A DNA stretch of 64,000 nt from NCBI GenBank assembly GCA_951406725.2, contig OX597815.1, forward strand, positions 161,882,001 to 161,946,000, given 5' to 3'. This document shows, piece by piece, positions 51,851-62,248 of the stretch. The DNA is from Octopus vulgaris. Lineage: Eukaryota. Both the position numbers and the translations under genes were made by a program. Position 1 is the first letter of the stretch; each line of letters starts with the position of its first letter. The notes beneath the pieces were generated by a model. That model searched no databases. It saw only the letters and a list, made by a program, of their open reading frames with translations, and was not told the DNA's origin.

Positions 51851-52240
51851 AGGTGGCGAGCTGGCAGAAACGTTAGCATGCCGGGCGAAATGCTTAGCGG
51901 TATTTCGTCTGCCGCTACATTCTGAGTTCAAATTCCACCAAGGTCGACTTTGCCTTTCATCCTTTTAGGGTCGATTAAATTACTACCAGTTATGCACTGG
52001 GGTCGATATAATCAACTTAATCCGTTTGTCTGTCCTCTCTGTGTTTAGCCCCTTGTGGGTAGTAAAGAAATAGGTATTTGGTCTGTCATTTCGTTCTGAG
52101 TTCAAATTCTGCCAAAGTCGACTTTGCTTACATCTTTTCAGGTTCCATAAATTAAGTACCAGTTGCATACTGGGGTCGATCTAATTAACTGACCCCCACT
52201 CACTAAATATTCCGGGCCTTGTGCCTATAGTAGAAAAGAT
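51851..52240 (+). mobile_element. Dimeric SINE family B
   Basis: Two units joined at aagaaatag|gtattt. Confidence 0.85.
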
Positions 52241-52418
52241 TATATATATATTTATAGACACTGGCATGGCTGTGTGGTAAGAAGCTTGCTTCCTCACCAT
52301 ATGATTCTGAGTTCAGTCCTACTGCATGACACCTTGGGCAAGTGTCTTCTACTATATTCTCAGGCTGACCGAAGCCTGTGAATGGATTTGGTAGACAGAA
52401 ACTGAAATAACACCATCG

Positions 52419-52503
<85 letters not shown>

Positions 52504-52506
52504 ATG

Positions 52507-52545
<39 letters not shown>

Positions 52546-52671
52546 ATGTATGTATATATATATATATACATACTCGCTCTGACACTCGCTTTGGCTCGCT
52601 CTGACACTGAGTTGAGATAATGCTTTCTAGTATCTCAAAATTTAATATACAATTATTCATAATTATAGTAT

Positions 52672-52763
52672 CCTACGCTGATGAGAAAAGAAGTTTGGGT
52701 AAGGTAGAATTTTCTAATTCTTATGCTTTCCTAAAACTTGATTTTGAAACGTACGTCCGTAGG
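52672..52763 (+). ncRNA. Type I hammerhead ribozyme, fully canonical
   Basis: ccuacg-CUGAUGA-[61-nt stem II hairpin]-GAAA-cguacg-UC-cguagg. Perfect 6-bp stem I, palindromic stem III and GUC triplet. Confidence 0.88.
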
Positions 52764-52953
52764 TAACTTAAAATTGTATGATAGATTGCCGTCATTTCAT
52801 TCTTTCTTACCTGTCTGTGTTTGCCTTTCAAGTGCTGTGTTTTTACTGAGATCTCCCTTTTAGTAGAAAGAATAGCTATAACTCTTTGACTGCTATTTCT
52901 AAATTCGGTGTGTGGTGAGGCAATTCGTTGCTAAACCCTTAATTGCTTAGTAT

Positions 52954-52999
<46 letters not shown>

Positions 53000-53002
<3 letters not shown>

Positions 53003-53630
53003 TAATAGTTATCGCCATACTAATATGGCAGTCTATAAATAAGACTAAAGCTGTCACTGATTAGCTCAAAGAGGCCATCGCCTCTAGAGGTCTTCGAACA
53101 GGGGAGGTCAGCCGCTTCACCTAGCTAAAGGTGATGGCCTCTTGAAGCTAATCAGCGACAGCTTTAGTCTTATTTATAGACTGCCATATTAGTATGGCGA
53201 TAACTATTAATATCCAGTAACACTGCCGTAATCTCCTTTAGAGAGACTTAGTAATTTTAATATTTCTATTATTGAAAACAAGTGGGTGTGTTCCACTGTA
53301 ACTAGGTAAATAAAATCTTCAAACAGACGGTCAGTAGCGACACCTGCTGGTTCTGACTACGCTGCATTGATAAAGGGCAACAATCCTGAAACATGTCTGC
53401 AGATGTCTGACTAGCAAGGTGAAGCGGCTGACCTCCCCTGTTCGAAGGTTGTAATGGACGCAGGTTCGTGTGTCATATAGCTAGCTAGAGGCGGTGGCCT
53501 CTTGGAGCTAATCAGCGACAGCTTTAGTCTTATATTTATAGACTGCCATATTAGTATGGCGATAACTATTAATATCCAGTAACGCTGGCGTAATCTCCTT
53601 TAGAGAGACTTAGTAATTTTAATATTTCTA
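53000..53630 (+). mobile_element. Retrozyme-like or non-autonomous Penelope-like element, ~360-bp unit
   Basis: 53121-53268 recurs at 53481-53630 (offset 360-362). An inverted partial copy lies at 53000-53122. One hammerhead per unit; (TA)n flanks. Confidence 0.75.
53362..53402 (+). ncRNA. Minimal type I hammerhead ribozyme, U3-A8 core variant
   Basis: cugca-UUGAUAA-aggg[caacaa]uccu-GAAA-caug-UC-ugcag. Confidence 0.75.
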
Positions 53631-53635
53631 ATATA

Positions 53636-53676
<41 letters not shown>

Positions 53677-53717
53677 TATACATACATACACACACACACA
53701 TATATATATACATACAT

Positions 53718-53768
<51 letters not shown>

Positions 53769-53783
53769 CATACATACATACAT

Positions 53784-53840
<57 letters not shown>

Positions 53841-53849
53841 TATATATAT

Positions 53850-54475
53850 ATGAGGAGAGATGTGTGAAGAAGTGCCACTCCCAAACTGTTGAAGGAATCC
53901 GGGGTAGAGGTAGACCCAGGAAGACATGGGACGAGGTGGTCAAGCATGACCTTCATATATTGAGCCTCACAGAGACTATGATAAAAGACCAAGACCTCTG
54001 GAGATATGCTGTGACTTTGAAGACCCGACAAATGAAGTGAGTTCATGGCTTGCAGGACAGCCTGCTGTGCTTGAGGAGACCTATTGAGTCAAGTATGTCA
54101 ACACCAACATCAAAATAAAAATCAAATGGAAATTGTTGTTAAGAAACCCATGCCAGTGACATGTAAAAAGCACCATCTGAACGTGACAGATGCCAGCGCC
54201 ACTTGACTGGCGTCCATGTCGGTGACACGTAAAAGCACCAACCGATTGTGGCCGTTTGCCAGCCTCCTCCGGCCCCTGTGCCGGTGGCATGTAAAACGCA
54301 CCCACTACACTCTCAGAGTGGTTGGCGTTAGGAAGAGCATCCATCTGTAGAAACTCTGCCAAATCAGATTGGTGTATGGTGCAGACATCTGGTTCGCCAG
54401 ACTTCAATCAAATCGTCCAACCTATGCTAGCATGGAAAACGGACATTAAACGATAATGAAGATGATGATGATGAT
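53850..54475 (+). mobile_element. RTE-type LINE 3' end (ORF C-terminus, ~430-bp 3' UTR, (GAT)n tail)
   Basis: [28 protein letters not shown]..stop at 54040, followed by the UTR shared with more than 10 fragments in the window. Confidence 0.9.
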
Positions 54476-55273
54476 GTGTGTGTTTATCATTGTGCTTGTG
54501 ATTATCCCTTGACACCTGTTGTTAGTTTGTTTACATTCCTGTGGCTTAGAAGTTTGGCAAAAGAGATTGATAGAATAAGTACTGGGGTTGATTTGTTCGC
54601 CTAAACCCTACAAGACAATGCCCCTGCATGGCCACAGTCCAATGATTGAAACATGTCAAAGATTAAAGTCAATAGATTATATTTGCAAAAATAGTGATAA
54701 GAGAATAATTGAGTAAATATTTAAAATTGCATATTGAATAACATAAAAAATTAGAATATCGTTAGATATTTTATTTTATTTTTACTCCTGTGCAATGTTT
54801 AATTCTGCTTTTCATCTCACTGGGTTTAAAAAGGATTTCAGTTGACTTTTGACTTTCATCCTGCCAAAGTCCTTAAAATAAATACAAGTTATATTACAGA
54901 GAGATCAAGTATTAAATCAAATGTCCATTAAACCTTCCCTCTTCTAATAAATAATCTGTGAGCTAACATCAAATGTCAGAAACTGATATTGTAATACAAT
55001 GCAAAGACATTTGAGTGACAGAACTAATACAGTATCAGACTATAATACCTTTTGGTACTTTGTTATGATCCTTTAAACACAGAGTTCATTTTCATTCTTC
55101 CGGTGTTGGTTTTGCTTTTGTACATAGATGCAGGCATGGGTGCATGGTAAGAAGTTTATTTTCCAAGCATATGGTTCTGGGTTCAGTTCCACTGTGTGGC
55201 ACATTGGGTAAGTGTATTCTACTATAGCCACCAAATTCTTGTGAGTGAATTTGGTAGGCAGAAACTGAATTAA

Positions 55274-55786
55274 GGCAGCGAGCTGGCAGAAACGTTAGCA
55301 CGCCAGGCGAAATGCTTAGCAGTATTTTGTCTGCCGTTACGTTCTGAATTCAAATTCCACCGAGGTCGACTTTGCCTTTCATCCTTTTGGGGTCGATTAA
55401 ATAAGTACCAGTTATGCACTGGGGTTGATATAGCCGGCTCAATCCATTTGTCTGTCCTTGTTTGTCCTCTCTGTGTTTAGCCCTTGTGGGTAGTAAAGAA
55501 ATAGGTATTTCGTCTGCCATTACTTTCTGAGTTCAAATTCCGCCAAGGTCGACTTTGTCTTTCATCCTTTTGCGGTCGATAAATTAAGTACCAGTTATGC
55601 AGTGGGTTTGATGCAATCGACTTAATCCGTTTGTCTGTCCTTGTTTTTTCCCCTCTATGTTTAGCCCCTTGTGGGCAATAAAGAAATAAAAAATAATGTC
55701 ACATTTTAAACTTGAGGAAAATCTTACATATTTTTATTGTTCCACTTATAGATTATGTTTAGCCCCTTGTGGGCAATACAGAAATA
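55274..55786 (+). mobile_element. Dimeric SINE family B with captured flank, nested in SINE family A
   Basis: 14-bp target-site duplication agaaactgaattaa at 55260-55273 and 55787-55800. Confidence 0.85.
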
Positions 55787-56087
55787 AGAAACTGAATTAA
55801 ACCCATCATGTGTGTGTGTATGCTTGAACTAAATTTGACAGTGTTTATATACCCTTTTTTCAGGAATAGCTTGATATATTGGTGAATGGTCAATGGTGTT
55901 GGAGAGCATAGACATAAAAGCTATAGTTGAGGTAATGTTAGCTGACAAGGAAGATTAAAAGCCATCTGGATATTGGAAAAGAGTTATCTGCATCAGGATT
56001 ATTCATGCTGGGTATCAAAATGCCAACATCATGACTGCTGCTCAATGCTCTTGGAATTCTGTAAAGGCTGTAAGATGTGACATGGAC

Positions 56088-56322
56088 AGCGGCGAGCTGG
56101 CAGAAATGTTAGCACGCCCGGCAAAGTGCTTAGCAGTATTTAGTCTGCCGTTACATTCTGAGTTCAAATTCTGCGGAGGTCGACTTTGCTTTTCATCCTT
56201 TTGAAGTCGATAAATTAAGTACCAGTTACGCACGCAGCACTGGGGTCAATGTAATTGACTTAATCCCTTTGTCTGTCCTTGTTTGTCCCCTCTATGTTTA
56301 GCCCCTTGTGGGCAATAAAGAA
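56088..56322 (+). mobile_element. SINE family B
   Basis: ~19-bp target-site duplication taagat(g/a)tgacatggacag. Confidence 0.88.
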
Positions 56323-56339
56323 TTAAGATATGACATGGA

Positions 56340-56903
56340 CAGTGTAAAAACCAAGTTTCTCCAAGCTGTGGCAGTCTTTGCATCTGTCTCCAATGATGGT
56401 GACATCGTGCTGCTTCCCATCTTAGGGTCAATTCAGACAGCTATGCAAAGCTGCTGCAGATTGGGGTCAATCTCTGGCTGAAAGACCATATGTGTGGCAG
56501 CAGGATTTGACTCCTTGCCATACCTTCAGAAAGACGTGGTTGTTGGAGAATTTCTATGACTTCACCAGTCTCAATTACTGGTTTCCTAATTACCCTGATT
56601 CTAATCTTGTGTATTACTATGTGTGGGGTGCAGTTGAGAAAGACACCAACTGTTCTGCCAATCTTGTGGCCAAGATCAAGGAGGTGTTCAAAGATCTTCC
56701 CAGGAACACAGTGAGGAGTGCCTGCACCAGGTTCTGGAGCTGTCTTGAGGCCATAGTGGAGGCTGAGGGTGGCTTTTTTATCTTCCAGCCATAATATAGT
56801 TGATAGTTTTTGATTTTTTTTTAATACTTTTATATTTGGATGGGATTATGTGTTTTCTTGGCTTTCTATGCAAACTGTCAAATTTTAGCTTCAACGCCCT
56901 GCA
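56340..56903 (+). pseudogene. Tc1/mariner-superfamily transposase 3' fragment
   Basis: WQQDLTPCH..WFPNYPDSNLVYYYVWGAVE..CTRFWSCLEAIVEAEGGFF, decayed QQDxAPxH and WPPxSPDLNP motifs. Confidence 0.8.
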
Positions 56904-56907
56904 TATA

Positions 56908-57780
56908 CATGATCTGATCAATAATTATCCGGACTGTTGTCATATTAATGAAGCTAAAGCATGCAGAGTGAAGCTGCTTGGCACAGATTGACCTTGAACT
57001 CTGCTTTGCATGCACACTAAGTTTTAAAGTTCTAGCTCACTTCCGCTGTTTACAGCAGTGCTTGGAAGGAATGTGTGTAGCATGTGATTGTTGTATTGAC
57101 CATGACAGAGAAACTTGAGTAAAGAATTTGCATCAAATTTTGCCAAAAGCTTGGCAATACCTGCCCAGAGGCCTATAGAAAGTTTTCAAGAAGCTTTCAT
57201 CATTCTTGACATAATCAAGGAAATCTTGTGCAACTGAAACCTGAGTGTCTTTTTGGTCAGCTGAAAGCAGTTTTGACAAAAACTTGGCAGACATGTGTCT
57301 CATACCCAAATCTTCAGTGATAATGGACTGAACTGAATCATTACTAATCTGTACATCCTCTGATAACTCATGGATGGTGATTCAATGATTTCCCCTCACA
57401 GCTGCATGCACATCTGCAATGTTTTACTCAGTTCTGCTGGTCGCGAGTCTCCCAGAACGTTCGCCAATATTGACATATTTTCAGCCATCTTGGAAACATG
57501 TGAACCACTCGTATATTTGTATGCAGCTCATACACTCCTCTCCATACACTTTTTGCAACTTTGTGCAAGCCTCTGAGCAGATATTACCATGACAACTTTC
57601 TCTGTCATAGTCAATGCGACAATCACAGGCTACGCATGTTCCTTCCAAGCACTGCTGTAAACAGCGGAAGTGAATTAGAATATCAAAATTCAGTGTGCAA
57701 TTTTTGCCAAGCTGTTTTACTCTGCGTGCGTTAGCTTTGTTAATATGGCAACAGTCTGGATACTTATCGATCAGACCGCA
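56908..57780. mobile_element. Mariner derivative built from two inverted 5' ends
   Basis: TA flanks; 56908-57120 is the reverse complement of 57590-57780. Residual MTEKLE*RICIKFCQKLG on plus and SVQSIITEDLGMRHVSAKF on minus. Confidence 0.8.
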
Positions 57781-58445
57781 TATATTGTGTGTGTGCTTGT
57801 ATCTCCTTGTTCTAACACCGTGTGACAGTTGTAAATGGTTGTTACTGCCACGCGTGTAGAGTCAGTCATTCATTTCCAGTGTACTGCACCAACATGTCAG
57901 GCCCTGGGGAAATATAGAAAGAGCATCTTGCAGTAGAAATTCTGCTTCAGTGAACTCTGTCCAACATATATATACAAGTATAGGAAAGTGGATGGATCTT
58001 GTGATAATGATGATGATGATGATGACGATGACGATGATGACAATGGTCTCTGAGGAGATAATCAATAAAATAAATAGCAGGTATTCAGTGGAACCTTTTT
58101 ACTTTCAGTCAATTAGTCGTCTGCTTGTGCTAATAGCGGAAATTCTTCATATAACATATTAGCTATGTGATTAAGGAGTTTGCCTTGCAACCACATGGTT
58201 CTAGTTTCAATCTTACTGCATGGACAACACTTTGGACATGTATCTTCTATTACAGTGTACTTGATTGATTAATACATTGTGTGTAGAGTTTGAGTATAGA
58301 AACTGTTCTGAAACCTGTTATGTATGTATGGATGTTTTCTTTTGTTTTTAATTATTTGAATTCTATCTCTGAAGAAGGAGCTGGTTTCTATTAAAGATAC
58401 AAAATTCCATCAGTGGAATGTAGATAACAAAAATAATATCACATA

Positions 58446-58676
58446 GGCAGCAAGCTGGCAGAAACGTTAGCATGCCGGGCAAAATGCTTAGCGGTATTTC
58501 ATCTGCCGTTACATTCTGAGTTCAAATTCCGCCGAGGTCGACTTTGCCTTTCATCCTTTCGGGGTCGATAAATTAAGTACCATTTACACACTGGGGTCGA
58601 TGTAATCGACTTAATCCCTTTGTCTGTCCTTGTTTGTCCCCTCTATGTTTAGCCCCTTGTGGGCAATAAAGAAATA
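58446..58676 (+). mobile_element. SINE family B
   Basis: Target-site duplication aaaaataat(a/g)tcacat. Confidence 0.9.
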
Positions 58677-58744
58677 AAAAATAATGTCACATTTTAAACT
58701 TGAGGAAAATCTTACATATTTTTATTGTTCCACTTATAGATTAT

Positions 58745-59090
58745 ATTTGTAGTGTGCAAGTCAGTTGGTTGATTTGATTTTCTGAAAATCCAAACTTATC
58801 CAGACTAACAGTTAGGTATTTACTTGCAAAACCAAATACACCAATTATTATTGGTATAAACATGACTTTATTATTTGGATATAGTAACTGAATGTCTCAA
58901 AGCAGTTGTCCATAGTTATCCTTTTTCTCTTTTATCAGAGATATTCACATTATTATCAGAGATATTCACATTAGCAGGACAGCTGATTGCTCTAATGGTA
59001 CATACTTTATCTTGTTTTTCCCAAACAACAATATCCAAACTTGTTATGTTTACACTTGACAGATGTTTTGATAGGAGTGTTCCATCAGTA
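58745..59090 (-). pseudogene. R4/Dong-like LINE 3' fragment
   Basis: Colinear with 40165-40480; LDIVVWEKQDKVCTIRAISCP. Confidence 0.75.
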
Positions 59091-59420
59091 TCCAGTATAC
59101 CTGTGTTAATGTGTGTGTGTATGTGGGAGTGTGTGTGTGTGTATGTATGTATGTATGTATGTATGTATGTACATATATGTATATGTGTATGTTGCATCCT
59201 ATGACTGGTTATGGCCAAAAAAGGCAAAACACTCAATGATATTTCTATTGTTTGGCCAAAAAAGGCAAAACACTCAATGATATTTCTATGATGAATGTGT
59301 CAGCATGGATGGTAAGTTCTAACACCTACTGCAAGAGATGTCTGTCATTACCATATCTAGGCAAAAACTTGCTGGCTCCTAGCAGAACTGAAAAGTCACA
59401 TTAGTACTATTTATGCTTAA

Positions 59421-60060
59421 CCCTTTAGCATTTAACCCATTAAGTCCCACTGACCTATAAATAGGACACTAAATGGAAAGATTAAATAAGCTATATCACA
59501 TTGTCTCAGTATCCTATTTATAGGACACTGAGTATTTCCATTTCTACTTGAAGTAAGGGAATTTTAATAATTATTTGGCACATAAAAAGCACCATCCAAA
59601 CGTGGCCTATGCCAGTGCTGCCTTGACTGGCTTCCGTGCCGGTGGTACATAAAAATCACCAACAAATTGTGGCTGTTGCCAGCCTTGCCTGGCATCTGTG
59701 CTGGTGGCACGTAAAAAGCACCCACTACACTCATGGAGTGGTTGGTGTTAGGAAGAGCATCCAGCTGTAGAAATACTGCCATATCAGATTGGAGCCTATT
59801 GCAGCCTCCTAGCTTCCCAGACCCCGGTCGAACTGTCCAACCCATGCTAGCATGGAAAACGGACATTAAACGATGATGATGATTTAACCTATTTCCAATC
59901 ACCTGTAACAATTTAAAAGTAATATTTAGAAATTTAAGTACTCCGGGACTTAATGGGTTAAACCAGCCTTAATATTCTACTTGCTTTATGTTCAAACTGT
60001 TTTATGTTCATGCCAATAAGTAAATAAGACATTTGACAGAGGAATCTGAATGCTAAAGGA
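59421..60060. mobile_element. Nested piggyBac-like MITEs containing an RTE 3' fragment
   Basis: Outer: ttaa-CCCTTTAGCA...TGCTAAAGGA-ttaa. Inner (59436-59957): ttaa-CCCATTAAGTCCC...GGGACTTAATGGG-ttaa. RTE UTR at 59576-59883. Confidence 0.85.
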
Positions 60061-60344
60061 TTAAGAGAACAATCAAGCTATGGCATTGTTTGAAATTGAG
60101 CATGTTCCTTGGTGGCTGACAATGTGTTCATCTCTGATCAAGAGCAGGATTAGTTGGGGAACATAATAGCCATGTGTTCAGAGGGATTCTTTGGGATTTG
60201 AATAAATGTAACGAAAGCAAAGTCTGAAGGAAATATTAACCATTTTTCAAGGTTTCTAGGAGTAAGCAAATAGGAAACAACAATTGCTACCCAAGGACAA
60301 AAATCGTATTGGGCAGTGTTATATTTTCCTTGTTGCTGTAAAAG

Positions 60345-60710
60345 ACTGTGGCCATGCTGGGGCATAGGCTTGAAGAAATTTTAGTTGAACAAATCAACCT
60401 TAGTACTTATTTTTTGTTAAGCCTGTTATTTATTCTATCAGTCTCTTTTGCTGAAGCAATGGAGATGTAAACAAACTAACACTGATTGACAAGTAGTGGT
60501 GTGAGACAAACACAAACACAATGGCATACACAAATATATACATACATATACAATGGGTTTCTTTCAGTTTCCATCCTCCAAATACACTGATAAGGCTTTA
60601 GTTGGGCTCGGGCTGTAGTAGAAAACACTTGCCCAAGGTGCCACACAAGTGGAATTGAACATAGAACCAATGTGGCTTAGAAAGCAGACTTCTTACCACG
60701 CAACCACATG
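60345..60710 (-). mobile_element. SINE family A
   Basis: Reverse complement of the family A consensus, diverged. Confidence 0.8.
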
Positions 60711-61823
60711 AGTATTTATTTTATTGATTCCTTCCTCCATCTAGGAATGATGAATGGTAAAAATTGCCTTTGTAGGATTTGAACTCAAAATATAGAGGGG
60801 ATGCAACTAAATATCTATAGATGCACTTTTCAAATATTGACAGATATTCTTCCTACTCATTTGACCATTGCAGTAAAGCTAACACTGTGTTTCATGGTTG
60901 CATGGTGGTGAGGTTTCTGTTTGTGGTGGGGGTAGTGGTGGCGGTTTTGTTGTGGTAGTATGTGTTTGTGATGAGGGTGGTGGTGGTGGTGGCAGTGGCG
61001 GTGGCACTGGTGGTGATGTATGTTTGTGATGAGGGTGGTGGTAGTGTTGAGGGTGAAGTACATGGGTAGGGTGGGGTGTCGATAATGGTGAAGGTGGGTG
61101 ATGGAGGTGTTTCTGTTTGGAGTAGTGGCGGTGGTGGTGGTAGTAGTGGTGGTTCTGTTATTGTTATTGGTAGTAGTAGTGTATATGTTTGTGGTGATGG
61201 TGATGGTGATGGTGCTTGTGCTGGTGCTTGGTGGCGGTGGTGGTGCTGGTGGTGCTGGTGGTGCTGGTGCTGGTGCCTGGTAGTGGTGGTGGTGACAGCT
61301 GAACAAACCCTTGGACTGCAATAATGTCACCAATGAGAAGTAAATAGCAATACCAAATAAAACAGGAGGGGAGGATGACAGGGAATCAACAGAAACAATT
61401 TTCTTCTTTTATATTTTATTAAATTTTAAAATTCTCTTATATTTAGATTTCTATAGATTTTATAATAATAATTATTATTATTTTTATTATTATTATTATT
61501 GAGGTGCACCTGGCAGCCAGGATAACCAGGATGTGTGGGGTTTCTCAGTTGCCCCTAGGACAAACTCCACCCTTTTGGGGATTTTATTGTTTAATTTCAT
61601 TGTTAATTGTTGTTTGTACTAAACCTCACTAGTCCTTTGTGTTGTATATGTGGTTTGCGCTCAGCCCTTGTGGCCAATAAAGAAACCATTACTTCCTCTC
61701 CTTCTTTTTTTTTATCATTCCATTATATGTAAACCCCCACATTTTATGTCTGTCTTTGTATTCTCCCCCTCAACTTTTACCCTCCTGGCAAATAAATGAA
61801 ATCATTATTACTATTATTATTAT

Positions 61824-62213
61824 TGTGTGGTAAGTAGCTTGCTTACCAACCACATGGTTCCGGGTTCATTCCCACTGCATGGCACCTTGGGCAAGTGTCT
61901 TCTACTATATGCCTCAGGCTGACCAAAGCCGTCTGAGTGGATTTGGTAGATGGAAACTGAAAGAAGCCCGTCGTATATATGTATATATGTATGTGTGTGT
62001 ATATGTTTGTGTGTCTGTGTTTGTCCCCACAACATTGCTTGACAACCGATGGTGGTGTGTTTGCATCCACATAACTTAGCAGTTCGGCAACAGTGACCGA
62101 TACAATAAATATTAGGCTTACAAAGAATAAGTCCTGGGGTCGATTTGCTCGACTAAAGGCAGTGCTCCAGCATGGCCACAGTCAAATGACTGAAACAAGT
62201 AAAAGAGTAAAAG
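61824..62213 (+). mobile_element. SINE family A, near full length
   Basis: Family A head to tail, within a (TAT)n tract. Confidence 0.88.
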
Positions 62214-62248
<35 letters not shown>

